DNA of 64,000 nucleotides from an uncultured delta proteobacterium (GTDB lineage Bacteria; Desulfobacterota; Binatia; UBA9968): positions 32,001 through 96,000 of the forward strand of contig CAVYTU010000008.1 in the NCBI GenBank assembly GCA_963771465.1. The letters run 5' to 3'. A program made the position numbers and the translations under genes. The stretch's first letter is position 1. Each line of letters starts with the position of its first letter. The notes below the pieces were generated by a model. That model had not been told where the DNA came from, did no database searches, and was given only the letters and a program-made list of their open reading frames with translations. Below, piece by piece: positions 31,214-40,706 of the stretch.

Positions 31214-32350
31214 ATGGCGAATAAGACGGGCGGCGACGTATTCGACAGAGAACAGGCCGAGAAATTTCTTTACCCGGCGAAAGGGCTTGGCGGCGGCGGT
31301 CAGTTGGAAGTGCGTATGGAAGCGTCGCCGGATCATCCCGATCCCGATGTCCGCGGCGTGGCGCGCCGGGTAAAGTTTTTCAATCTCGAAAGCTGGCACA
31401 AAGAGTGGACCGAGGTGGCGGCGAAAAACCAAGAGCTTGCCGCTGGCTTCGAAGATGACAATCGCAAACAAACCGCTCATGAATTTTATTTGCGCGCCGC
31501 CGACTTTTATCGGCGCGCCGTGGTTTACATGCCGGAAAGCGACGCGCGCATGCTGCCGACTTACAAGAAACTCGAAGAAAACTTCGCCAAGGCGTGGAGC
31601 CTGGTCACCCCGCCTTTTGAACGAGTGGAAGTCCCCTACGAAGGCCACAAACTGCCGGCGCTCTTCTGGCCGGGACGCGGTAAGCCGGGAACAAAATTGC
31701 CGGTGGTCTATAACTACGGCGGCGCCGACGGCATCTTGCCGCGCGGCGAAGACGGCGGCGCCGGCCAATATACCCGGCGAGGGATGCATTTCATCGACGT
31801 CGACGGTCCCGGCCACGGCGGCACCTTGCGCCATCACAAACTCTACGCTCCGCCCGACTCCGACCGCGTCGCCAAAGCGGTCATTGATTATCTGATCACC
31901 CGCGCCGATGTCGATCCGAATCGCATTGGCCTGCACGGCTCGAGCATGGGCGGTTATTCCGGCCCCCGTTGCGCCACGGTCGAGAAACGCATCAAAGCCG
32001 TCGCGGTTTGGAGCGGCGCGTACAATCTCGTCGATGACATCTTCGATTACTATCCGCCGATCCAAGACCGGCTGCGCTGGCTCATGGGCGCGAAAGATTT
32101 AAAAGCGGCACGAGAGAAGATAAAGGAGTTTACTCTCATCGGCCGCGCTGAAAAGATCGAATGTCCGCTCCTGGTCGGCTACAGCATCGACGACCGGGTC
32201 ATGGACCCGCGCGGCGCGCTCAACCTCTACAACAACGCCGTCAACTCCCCCGACCGCACCATGGTCGACGGCGTCGGCCACGGGCAAAAGAGATTTGACC
32301 GGCGCACGTACATCGCCGATTGGTTCATGAAGCAACTGCAAGCGGGATAA
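31214..32350 (+). CDS. Alpha/beta hydrolase (FrsA / 2,6-dihydroxy-pseudooxynicotine hydrolase-like)
   Basis: ERVEVPYEG, DVDGPGHG, nucleophile elbow GSSMGGY, C-terminal GH; AAGGAG RBS. Confidence 0.82.
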   Translation: MANKTGGDVFDREQAEKFLYPAKGLGGGGQLEVRMEASPDHPDPDVRGVARRVKFFNLESWHKEWTEVAAKNQELAAGFEDDNRKQTAHEFYLRAADFYRRAVVYMPESDARMLPTYKKLEENFAKAWSLVTPPFERVEVPYEGHKLPALFWPGRGKPGTKLPVVYNYGGADGILPRGEDGGAGQYTRRGMHFIDVDGPGHGGTLRHHKLYAPPDSDRVAKAVIDYLITRADVDPNRIGLHGSSMGGYSGPRCATVEKRIKAVAVWSGAYNLVDDIFDYYPPIQDRLRWLMGAKDLKAAREKIKEFTLIGRAEKIECPLLVGYSIDDRVMDPRGALNLYNNAVNSPDRTMVDGVGHGQKRFDRRTYIADWFMKQLQAG

Positions 32351-32386
32351 ATGGCATGCTGGCAGAGGCAATAGTCGGAGGTCCAA

Positions 32387-33217
32387 ATGTCCATCGCACA
32401 ATCGCTCGATCATTTCGTCGTACCCGTCGATGACCTGGTGGTTGCCGAAGAATTTTATACTCAGGTCTTCGACGGGGAGATTACCAAGCGTAATGGCTTG
32501 AATACGCGCCAGCGCAAGCGCGGCGCGGTGCCCCACACGTTTGTTCAGATCGGCGGCAAACGCATGGGTGTGTATCTCCAGAGCGAACTCCGGCCGCAGC
32601 CGCCGAGCCCGCGCGGCTTGCCGACTTACTCCTTCACGACCACTGAACGTGGGCTCGAAGAAGTTGCGACGGAGCTAAAACAGCTCGGAGTGAACTTCGA
32701 GGGGCCAGTACGTCATGCGCATCGCTTCGCCAACAAGTCGCTATTCTTCACCGATCCGGCGGGAAATCACTATTGCGTTTACACCCTGACGGCATCGCCT
32801 GAAGCTTCAGAGAATTCTCGTCGGCGCATGACGGCGGTCGGCTATCTTGAGCTTGAAGCGCCTGACGTGGACGCGTCCAGCGCATTTTATCGAAACGTAC
32901 TAGGCTTCGAAGTGCAGGATCAGAGCAGCGACCGCAAACAGGCGACACTGAAAATGGCGAGTGGCCAGACTTTAATATTGACCGAAGCGCCGTTTGCGTC
33001 GAAAGGCCTGGTGATGAGCCGCAAAGTGCCCGGACCGCATATCGCATTCTATGTTCCCGGCGCGAACTGGCCCGTCGCGATCGCGCATCTCGAGAAACTT
33101 GGAATAGAGAATGGCGACCGCGGCGCGGCCAAAGAGCGCGTCGAAGGTCAAGGCGGAACGTATATGGACGATCCGGCGGGCTACGTGATCCAATTCATCA
33201 CCGACGGCATGGAGTAG
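32387..33217 (+). CDS. Two-domain VOC (glyoxalase/extradiol dioxygenase-like) protein
   Basis: LDHFVVPVDDL..AEEFY, FFTDPAGN, AFYRNVLGF, HIAF and DPAGY motifs. Confidence 0.8.
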   Translation: MSIAQSLDHFVVPVDDLVVAEEFYTQVFDGEITKRNGLNTRQRKRGAVPHTFVQIGGKRMGVYLQSELRPQPPSPRGLPTYSFTTTERGLEEVATELKQLGVNFEGPVRHAHRFANKSLFFTDPAGNHYCVYTLTASPEASENSRRRMTAVGYLELEAPDVDASSAFYRNVLGFEVQDQSSDRKQATLKMASGQTLILTEAPFASKGLVMSRKVPGPHIAFYVPGANWPVAIAHLEKLGIENGDRGAAKERVEGQGGTYMDDPAGYVIQFITDGME

Positions 33218-33227
33218 TTGAAAATCA

Positions 33228-34070
33228 ATGACCGATCAACAAAAGCGCGCGCGGCTACGCGAAATCTTATCCGACCCGAAAGGCGCCATCGCGCCTGGCG
33301 TCACCGACGCGCTGTTTGCCCGCCTGGTGCAAGACTGCGGCTACGCCGCCGCGCATCTTTCCGGCAACGCCATCCACAAAAACTTTTGCCTACCTGACCG
33401 CAATCTCCTGACGACAACGCAAATCGCTCAACGCATCGGACAAATTTCAGAAGCGACGGATATTCCGCTGATCGTTGACGGCGGGTCGATTTGCGCCGAT
33501 AGTATCGCGCTGACGAGAGCGGTGAAGCTCTACGAACGCGCCGGCGCAGCCGCGGTGCGCTTCGAGGACGCGCTGGTGAATGAGTATGGCGCCGCTCCCG
33601 AAGAGCTCGCCATCGCGCCGATATCCGTGGTTGTCGATCAGATCAAAGCCGCCGTCGACGCTCGGCGCGATCCGTCGTTGGTCCTGATTGCGCGTTGCGA
33701 TTCACGTCCCAAAGAATCTCTGAATCAGGTTCATGAACGCTTGGCAGCATACGCGGAAGCCGGCGCGGATGCCGTCGGCGTCCAGCTGACCGATGTCGAA
33801 GACTTTCGCCAGATCGGCGCCAGCGCGCCAGCGCCGTTGGTAACCTTGTGGCCTAAAGCGAACCTAAGCGCGTCTGAGTTTTTCGCCATGGGTTTTCGCA
33901 TCGCGCTCACGCCGTCGAGCATTCCTCTCGCGGCCACGACCGCAGCGCGGGAAATGCTGATCGAGTTACAGCACAACGGCAACGACCGCGCCTACTTCGC
34001 CAAACAAAAAGAATTTGCCGCGACAGAAAGTTGGTACAAGCAGCTCGGCACCAAGCGAAAACAAATCTAG
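33228..34070 (+). CDS. Isocitrate lyase / PEP mutase superfamily protein (divergent)
   Basis: APGVTDALFARL, LPDRNL, DIPLIVD, GAAAVRFED, LIARCD and YAEAGADA motifs. Confidence 0.82.
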   Translation: MTDQQKRARLREILSDPKGAIAPGVTDALFARLVQDCGYAAAHLSGNAIHKNFCLPDRNLLTTTQIAQRIGQISEATDIPLIVDGGSICADSIALTRAVKLYERAGAAAVRFEDALVNEYGAAPEELAIAPISVVVDQIKAAVDARRDPSLVLIARCDSRPKESLNQVHERLAAYAEAGADAVGVQLTDVEDFRQIGASAPAPLVTLWPKANLSASEFFAMGFRIALTPSSIPLAATTAAREMLIELQHNGNDRAYFAKQKEFAATESWYKQLGTKRKQI

Positions 34071-34082
34071 CTGGGAGAATCG

Positions 34083-34583
34083 ATGTTAAAAGAGCTCGCA
34101 TTAACGAATGCCTACCGCGTCACGCCCACCGGTCTTTATTTGATTTCCACCGCCTATCAAGGTAAACGCAACGTCCAGTTCGCCTTCCGTGCCCTCGGCC
34201 TGGCGGTTGATCCACCGTTGCTTGTCATCGGTATCCAAGCTGACAATTACAGCCGCGAGATCATTGAGCAAAGCGGCGAGTTCGTCGTCAACGTCTGCTC
34301 GCAAAACCAATTGCACGCCGTCGACAAGAGCCGCGATCTGTCGGGACGCAACGTGGAAGATAAGTTTGTCGCACTCGGTCTGCAGACTTTGCCGGCGAAA
34401 CACGTGCAAGCGCCGCTGGTCGCCGGCTGCCACGCCAACGTTGAATGCAGACTGGCCAACACCATGAAGCTCGACGGTTTGTTTTTATTCGTCGGCCAAG
34501 CGCTGGCATCCTACATCGACGACCAAGTCCAACCCGTGGGCCGCCTGGCGGGAAAAACCTTTCGGCTCGATGAACCGATTTGA
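34083..34583 (+). CDS. Flavin reductase-like FMN-binding protein
   Basis: PTGLYLIST, DPPLLVI, SGEFVVNV, SGRNVEDKF and APLV..C.ANVEC motifs. Confidence 0.82.
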   Translation: MLKELALTNAYRVTPTGLYLISTAYQGKRNVQFAFRALGLAVDPPLLVIGIQADNYSREIIEQSGEFVVNVCSQNQLHAVDKSRDLSGRNVEDKFVALGLQTLPAKHVQAPLVAGCHANVECRLANTMKLDGLFLFVGQALASYIDDQVQPVGRLAGKTFRLDEPI

Positions 34584-34610
34584 TCCAATCGTTCGTTTAG
34601 GAGGACCGCC

Positions 34611-35684
34611 ATGCTTATGCGCTTGCTGACTTCCTTGCTGTTGGGCGCAATCACAATCGTATTCAGTTTTCATCCGTCGCAGCTTGAAGCCGCCACGCCT
34701 GAAGAAACTCTCGCCAGGATCAATCAACTTGCGCCGGCGGAACGCCAAGCCGCGTTGGTGCGCGAGGCCAAGAACGAACGTACGGCGGTCTGGTATGCGC
34801 CGATGAATCGTGAAAATCTGCGCGAATTCACCAGCGCGTTTGAAGCCGATTATCCATTTCTCAAAGTCGAAATCTTAACCGGCGGCCCGCAGAGCTTGCT
34901 CAACCGGATTATCACCGAACAACGCGCCGGCAAGCACAACTTCGACGTCCTGAACGTGCGCAGCTCGGCACTCTACACGCTTAAAAAGGCCAATGTGGTC
35001 ATGCGCTATGACACGCCCAACCGCCGCGCGCTGCGAGCCGGATTCGCCGACAAGGAAGGATACTTGAACGGCATATGGGCATCGCTGCTGGTTTACCTCT
35101 ACAACGCCAAGCAGGTGTCCCGCGCTCAAGCGCCCAAGTCCATCGACGATCTGTTGCAGCCAAAATGGAAAGGTAAACTCGGCATGGACAAAGACGCTGA
35201 CGACTGGCTCGCGGCGATCATGGATTACTATGGCGATGAAAAGGGCAAACAAATCGCGCGCAGCCTCGGCGCGCAACAGTTGAACATCCGAAAAGGCCGC
35301 ACGTTGGTTTCTCAACTGGTCGCCGCCGGCGAGTTCCCGATCCAGATCGACGCCCACCACCATGAAGCCGTAGCGTTGCGCAAAGCCGGCGCGCCGATCG
35401 ATTATCTTTTTCCCGAGCCCTTCGTGCCGGTCAAAGCGGTGTCGATGTTAGCGTTGTCGTCGCGTCCGCCCCATCCCCATGCCGCGGCGTTGTTGATCGA
35501 CTTCATGCTCTCCAAAAAAGGGCAGGAAATGGCATACCGCCAAAACCGCTGGCCGGCGCATAGAGATCTCGCCACCGGCGGCGCCGACGAAGTCGGCAAC
35601 CGCAAAACGCTCGTCCCAGATTCAGAAAAATGGGGTGTGCGATATGAAGAGCTGGTACAGTTGACAGGATTGCTTGAGCGTTAG
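34611..35684 (+). CDS. ABC-type extracellular solute-binding protein (AfuA/FbpA-like)
   Basis: Signal peptide, APKSIDDLLQPKWKGK, LVAAGEF and PHPHAAALLIDFMLS motifs. Confidence 0.82.
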   Translation: MLMRLLTSLLLGAITIVFSFHPSQLEAATPEETLARINQLAPAERQAALVREAKNERTAVWYAPMNRENLREFTSAFEADYPFLKVEILTGGPQSLLNRIITEQRAGKHNFDVLNVRSSALYTLKKANVVMRYDTPNRRALRAGFADKEGYLNGIWASLLVYLYNAKQVSRAQAPKSIDDLLQPKWKGKLGMDKDADDWLAAIMDYYGDEKGKQIARSLGAQQLNIRKGRTLVSQLVAAGEFPIQIDAHHHEAVALRKAGAPIDYLFPEPFVPVKAVSMLALSSRPPHPHAAALLIDFMLSKKGQEMAYRQNRWPAHRDLATGGADEVGNRKTLVPDSEKWGVRYEELVQLTGLLER

Positions 35685-35852
35685 TTAGGAGAATAGATGC
35701 TGGGCCACGTAATCGAAGCTTAATCGATCGCGACAGCTTCCGCTGGGACAAAATTGCCAATCCTAACTGAATAGTCGTCAAAAACCCCCCGCTTGTTTAG
35801 GAATCTTTGGATATTTACGAGAACCCTAGCGAGTTTCAAGAGGCCTTGAAGG

Positions 35853-35868
35853 TGGTGCTAGATTTGCT
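35853..35868 (+). promoter_or_regulatory. Possible sigma-54 promoter upstream of the hypothetical gene
   Basis: TGGTGCTAGATTTGCT with GG-N10-GC spacing in an AT-rich intergenic region. Confidence 0.5.
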
Positions 35869-35914
35869 TTATTTGCATGCATCCCTCAGATAACCGAAGC
35901 GAAAGCGAGCAATA

Positions 35915-36484
35915 ATGAAGCTCAAGAACTCATCTGATTATCAAAGCGTCTTACGAGCCATTGGCCAGGAGATTGAAAAACTTGGCGTGGATTCGGTCTA
36001 CTTAAAGAATTCCGGAAACCGCGAATTCGTAGCTTCCGGCATATATAAAGAAACCGCGGCCGTTTCCACGCTCGAGCCGAGGGTGAAAACATCGTTTCTG
36101 CGTCTCATCATAAACGCAGGCAAAAACAACGCTAAACGAAAACCCGGTCCAGCGCTTCACTTTACGGGAATCCAATTTAGCCAAAATAATATCGATCTAC
36201 TGGACCGAGCAGGCAAAGCGTCACGATCGAGAACGGACGGTAATCCCCAGAACCCCCTCGGCATAGCCCACGTTCTCAGAATGGCCGGAGCGTACCTCGA
36301 TCATAAGGGCAGCCGGTTCTCGCGCCTCCTGTGGCAACACGGAACGCTTACACTTTGGCATACTAACGAAAAGGGCGGCGAAGCGAAGAAAATATTTACG
36401 CCAGAAAACCTGTATGACAATTGGATTCATCACTTCAAAACACGCAAACCATACCGTGCACTGAAGCCAACTGGCAGCGATTAG
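35915..36484 (+). CDS. Hypothetical protein with an internal duplication
   Basis: 189-aa ORF; repeats YQSVLRAIGQEIE and IAHVLRMAGAYLD. Confidence 0.65.
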   Translation: MKLKNSSDYQSVLRAIGQEIEKLGVDSVYLKNSGNREFVASGIYKETAAVSTLEPRVKTSFLRLIINAGKNNAKRKPGPALHFTGIQFSQNNIDLLDRAGKASRSRTDGNPQNPLGIAHVLRMAGAYLDHKGSRFSRLLWQHGTLTLWHTNEKGGEAKKIFTPENLYDNWIHHFKTRKPYRALKPTGSD

Positions 36485-36587
36485 ACATTCTCAACGAAAT
36501 CAGACTCCCGCACTGGATTAGAGAACGGCCGTCTGCTTCAGACGATTCGAGCGGCCAGTCAATACTCCAACACGCCAATCATCGTCT

Positions 36588-37577
36588 TCACATCCGAAAC
36601 GCTTCCTTGACGAATAAACTCTCCAGCGGCAATTCACTCTTCACCAAACCTTGTTCAATTTGATAGCGGTTGAGCGCTTGGATCGATTTTTTATCGGCGT
36701 CCGTAAGCACACCGGCGTACGGATCGTAACCCAACAGATCGCGCTCTTTCGCGTACCCTTCGGCGTCCGCCGGCTTCATATAGTTGACCGCTTTTCGATT
36801 TGCCTCGCGGAACGCCTCGATGAGTTTCGCGGTGAGATCGGGATATTTTTCCACGGTTTCTTCTTTCACCGTCACGATGTGAATGATCGGATAGATTTGC
36901 GTGCGCTTCACGTATCGGAGAATCTCCTCGGTATCTTCGAACAGCGGTTTCACACCGGAGAATTGTCCCATGACGCCCGGCAACGACCCGCCGCCGAACA
37001 AACCGGTGTAACCCGAGTCGCCGGCAACTAACGCCGCACCGAGCTTGCCTTCACTGAGCAAACGCGAGAGGTGCGACTTTTCCTGTCCGAAGGGTGGCGG
37101 CGGGTCAAGCCGCTCGACTTTAACCGGCAACTCGTTGCCGATAAAAACCTCCTGGCCCGAAACGAACCAGCCGACGTCCGTCGTCTTGATGCCATGCTCG
37201 TCGAGCAAATATCCGCGCGCCCAGGATACGGCCGTGGCGCCATAACGGAACGCGCCGATCTGCTTGCCTTTGAGATCCCTCGGATGATTCACTTTGCCGT
37301 CGCAGTGAAAAATATTTCTCTGCCGCGGCCCGCGCTGAAAGAAAACCGGCAACGCCAAAAAACGCTTGCCCTTTTCCTTGGCGCGCATCAGCGTCGCGGT
37401 CGACATCTCGGCAACGTCGAACTCACCCTGGACGAAACGATAATGCATCTCGCCCGGCGTGTACTTATCGCCGACGTATTCAAAGTCGTAGCCATCGAGC
37501 GGAATCAGCCCGTCGATCAATGCGCGATTGCGCGGATTCGGATTAGTCGCGAATGTGATTTTTGGTTTAACAGCCAT
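36588..37577 (-). CDS. 4,5-dihydroxyphthalate decarboxylase-like protein (periplasmic-binding-protein fold, no signal peptide)
   Basis: RALIDG, EFDVAEMS, LPVF, DLKGK, TAVSWARG.L and IYPIIH motifs. Confidence 0.75.
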   Translation of the reverse strand: MAVKPKITFATNPNPRNRALIDGLIPLDGYDFEYVGDKYTPGEMHYRFVQGEFDVAEMSTATLMRAKEKGKRFLALPVFFQRGPRQRNIFHCDGKVNHPRDLKGKQIGAFRYGATAVSWARGYLLDEHGIKTTDVGWFVSGQEVFIGNELPVKVERLDPPPPFGQEKSHLSRLLSEGKLGAALVAGDSGYTGLFGGGSLPGVMGQFSGVKPLFEDTEEILRYVKRTQIYPIIHIVTVKEETVEKYPDLTAKLIEAFREANRKAVNYMKPADAEGYAKERDLLGYDPYAGVLTDADKKSIQALNRYQIEQGLVKSELPLESLFVKEAFRM

Positions 37578-37717
37578 ATCGATTTCCTCCTCATTCCAGT
37601 CGAGTTAGCAAATAAGTTCGCGCTTGGTCATACCGGCGCCAGCCGTTATGCAATGCTTTCGTGGTTACATCAGAAATAAATCTGGATGACGGGTTAACCG
37701 GCATGACGGACCATTCA

Positions 37718-38425
37718 CTACGCCAAATGCTTGTTCAAAAACTCCAACCCGCGCGCCCACGACTCACGATCGGACTCTTCCACGTACCTGTCCGGATGAT
37801 GCGGGTCCATGAACGAGTGCCCGGTGTCTTGGTATACGTAGAAGTCGTGTGCCTTGCCTTGCTTGGTCAGTTCGGCGTCGAGTTTTGCCATGTCTTCCAG
37901 CGTCGGGTTCTGATCGGTCGCGCCGAAGTGGCCTTGGATCGGACAGGATATCTGCGCGGTGCGTTCGAAGGGCGTCGGCCCGTCGCCCCATTGGCGAAAG
38001 CAACTTCCACCATACCAAGTGATCGCCGCTTTGAAATCTTTGCTCGCTGCCGCCATCAGATACGCCACGCGCCCGCCCATGCAAAAGCCGAGTATCGCGA
38101 CCCGCCGGCTGTCGACGAGAGGGTTCGAGCGCAAATGCATCATCGTCGCATTGACGTCGCTAATAATGTTGGTGTCGCGTGCCCGGCCGCGGCGCGTCGG
38201 TCCGTCGTCTTTACAATCCGGCCCATCGCGATGATAAAGATCCGGGCAGATCGCGAAATAGCCATCGCGCGCAAAGCGCTCGGTCATCTCCTCCATGAAC
38301 TTATCCACACCGTACTGATGCTGGATCACCACCACCGCCGGCCGCGGCTCAGCGCCGTCGGGGCAAGCCGAAAATAAATTCATCGCGCTGCCGTCGACTT
38401 TGATCTGCTCACGAATCGTTTTCAC
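37718..38425 (-). CDS. Dienelactone hydrolase family protein
   Basis: GFCMGG nucleophile motif, PDLYHR, GHFGATD and YQDTGHSF motifs. Confidence 0.88.
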   Translation of the reverse strand: MKTIREQIKVDGSAMNLFSACPDGAEPRPAVVVIQHQYGVDKFMEEMTERFARDGYFAICPDLYHRDGPDCKDDGPTRRGRARDTNIISDVNATMMHLRSNPLVDSRRVAILGFCMGGRVAYLMAAASKDFKAAITWYGGSCFRQWGDGPTPFERTAQISCPIQGHFGATDQNPTLEDMAKLDAELTKQGKAHDFYVYQDTGHSFMDPHHPDRYVEESDRESWARGLEFLNKHLA

Positions 38426-38607
38426 AGTTCACCTCGTTTGAGTCTATCTCTCGCTTGTATCCGGATAGGAAGCCCATCGTCAAACGCACGCGAATCAAAG
38501 CCGGGTTGAATCATGTGTAGGCACAATTGCGTGCTTTGCGCGATGCGAGTTCTTTGGCTTTCGCTCAGGAGAAGCTGTGCGGTTAAAAGCTCAATCCGAT
38601 CATACTC

Positions 38608-40395
38608 TCACGCTTGCCGCTGTGCGAAGCTCATCTCCTCGACTAGCGTCGGCAAATACGCCGCGACCAGCGCCGGCGTGCCTTTGCGCACTTGTTCCAG
38701 CGCCAGCTTGAGGGCGGGTGCGACCTGGTCCGGTTCGCTCACCGTCGTACCGAAACAGTTGGCTGCTTCGGCAAGTTTGGCGAAATCCGGCGGCGGATCG
38801 AAAATGCCGCCTTCATAATTTTCCGTGCGTACCGCCACGCCGTTGGGATAAGCGCGCTTGAGCCCGTTGGTACCAGTGGTGTACGACCGGTTGACGAAGA
38901 CCACGGTTAAAAATGGCGCCTTATAATGCGCCGCCGACCACAGCGCGGGCATCGGCGTGCCAAACATGAAATAGCCGTCGCCAGTAGCGAGCACGACATC
39001 ACGATTCGGCGCCGCCAGCTTGGCGCCCAACGCCGCGCCGCTGCCCCAACCGCCCGAAGAACCGCCGCTGGCGAAATAAGTCCCCGCTTGCGAGCGTCCA
39101 TGATGGTCGCAAACGAAACCGGAATTGCTGATCGCGTCATCGAGAAGAATCGTGTCGGGTTGGAGAATTTTTCCCAACTGATAAGCGACCCAGCGCGGAT
39201 GCATGGGCTTGCGCCTTCCCGCCTCCTGGCCCAGCCGCTCGCTCGCCGCTGCCATTTCTTGCTTGCGCGCCGCTAAACGCTCGCGCCGCTCGGCGATGCG
39301 GCTCATATCGCTCTTCGACAAAAGCGCGGTGGCCGCATCGTAGATCGCGTTGGCTGCGGCCGATACCGACACCGGCAACCAGAGGTCGGCTTGAAACTCC
39401 ATCGTCTTATAGTTGGACATCACCGGGTCGGCATCGACCCAAATCGTCTTGCTTCCCGGCTTCGGCGCAGCGTTGGGCGAGATGTAAGGCACCAACGCTT
39501 CGAGCATGAGCGAAACATCGGCATCCTTCACCTCCGGCCCCGTGCCGTAAAGCGCGTGGGTCGTCGGAAAGTTCAAACGGTCCAAACGATCCGCGTCGAC
39601 CAGCGGCAGGGCGAGCAACTCGGCCAATTGTACGATCGCCCCCACTGCTTCGGGGTTACGTCCCGCCGCAGCGGAATAAATGCAAGGATTGCGCGCCTCG
39701 ATCAGCCATTGCGCCGCGCGCTTGGCATCCGCTGGATCGGGCCACGCCGGCCGCGCGACCCCAAGTTCGTCACGGGTCGGAAAATAACTTTTGCCCGGCA
39801 GTTTGAGCATGGCGGTTTCGCGCGGCACGGTGAGATACGCCGGACCTTTTGGTTCGCTCATGGAAATTTGCAGCAGCCGGCTAATCAGCAATCCCGGATT
39901 GTCCTGATGCTCCAGCCGGTGATCGACTTTGGTGTACTGGCGCACGATGCCGCCTTGATCGCGCGGTTCCTGCACCCACTGCACCGGACTATTGCGCGCG
40001 CCGGCCATGGAGCCGGGATAAGCCCGCGGGCCGGTGCCGGCGGTGATCAACACCGGATAGTTGCCGCGCCACGCAGTGTGAATCGCGCCGCCATAATTCA
40101 GCGTACCGACGTCGACATGCACGGCGGTGGCCGCCGGCTGATTGCGCACCATGGCGCTACCCAGTGCCGCATTGAGCGCCACCGCTTCGTGAGTCACGGT
40201 GACCAATTTCGGCGCCGGCCAGCCGCGCTCGTTGGCCTTGGCAATACTTTCCTGCCAAAAGGCGATCTCCGAGCCCGAGACAAAAAATAAATGATCGATG
40301 CCGCCAAGTTTCATCGACTGGACAAGCGCATCAGACCAATCCTCACCCGGATATTCTTTCCAGCGCGCGTCATGTGAAATCAATTCGGCCATCAC
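38608..40395 (-). CDS. Thiamine diphosphate-dependent enzyme (acetolactate synthase / benzoylformate decarboxylase-like)
   Basis: HE catalytic motif, HVDVGT, QEPRDQG and ThDP motif GDGYFMF...N. Confidence 0.88.
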   Translation of the reverse strand: MMAELISHDARWKEYPGEDWSDALVQSMKLGGIDHLFFVSGSEIAFWQESIAKANERGWPAPKLVTVTHEAVALNAALGSAMVRNQPAATAVHVDVGTLNYGGAIHTAWRGNYPVLITAGTGPRAYPGSMAGARNSPVQWVQEPRDQGGIVRQYTKVDHRLEHQDNPGLLISRLLQISMSEPKGPAYLTVPRETAMLKLPGKSYFPTRDELGVARPAWPDPADAKRAAQWLIEARNPCIYSAAAGRNPEAVGAIVQLAELLALPLVDADRLDRLNFPTTHALYGTGPEVKDADVSLMLEALVPYISPNAAPKPGSKTIWVDADPVMSNYKTMEFQADLWLPVSVSAAANAIYDAATALLSKSDMSRIAERRERLAARKQEMAAASERLGQEAGRRKPMHPRWVAYQLGKILQPDTILLDDAISNSGFVCDHHGRSQAGTYFASGGSSGGWGSGAALGAKLAAPNRDVVLATGDGYFMFGTPMPALWSAAHYKAPFLTVVFVNRSYTTGTNGLKRAYPNGVAVRTENYEGGIFDPPPDFAKLAEAANCFGTTVSEPDQVAPALKLALEQVRKGTPALVAAYLPTLVEEMSFAQRQA

Positions 40396-40452
40396 GATAT
40401 CCTTTCTTTTTTGCGGATAGTCGCCATGGGGTTATCTCCCCGGGTACCGGGC

Positions 40453-40508
40453 TGTCATGCCGAGCGAACGCGAGGGATCTAGGATTTCTCGCTGCGCTCG
40501 AAATGACA
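40453..40508. repeat. REP-like palindrome
   Basis: TGTCATGCCGAGCG...CGCTCGAAATGACA imperfect inverted repeat. Confidence 0.6.
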
Positions 40509-40548
40509 CGAGAAGACAAAACACGGCATGATTTTATAAATTGAACTA

Positions 40549-40642
40549 ACCACGAAACGCACGAAGGAATTCCTTTCCTTGTGTGCTTCGTGCCTCTTCT
40601 ATGGTGGAAACCCTTTTTTGCGCCCTTTACATTCTTTGCGGC
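40549..40642. repeat. Degenerate CACGAA-type palindrome plus CTTTGCGG-type units
   Basis: ACCACGAAACGCACGAAGG...CTTCGTGCC...GTGG followed by TTTGCGCCCTTTACATTCTTTGCGG. Confidence 0.45.
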
Positions 40643-40706
40643 AAAACCCGCGCAGCCGAAATCTTCCCAAACTGCAACCCTCAAGTACTCCATCACCCCA
40701 TCCCCG

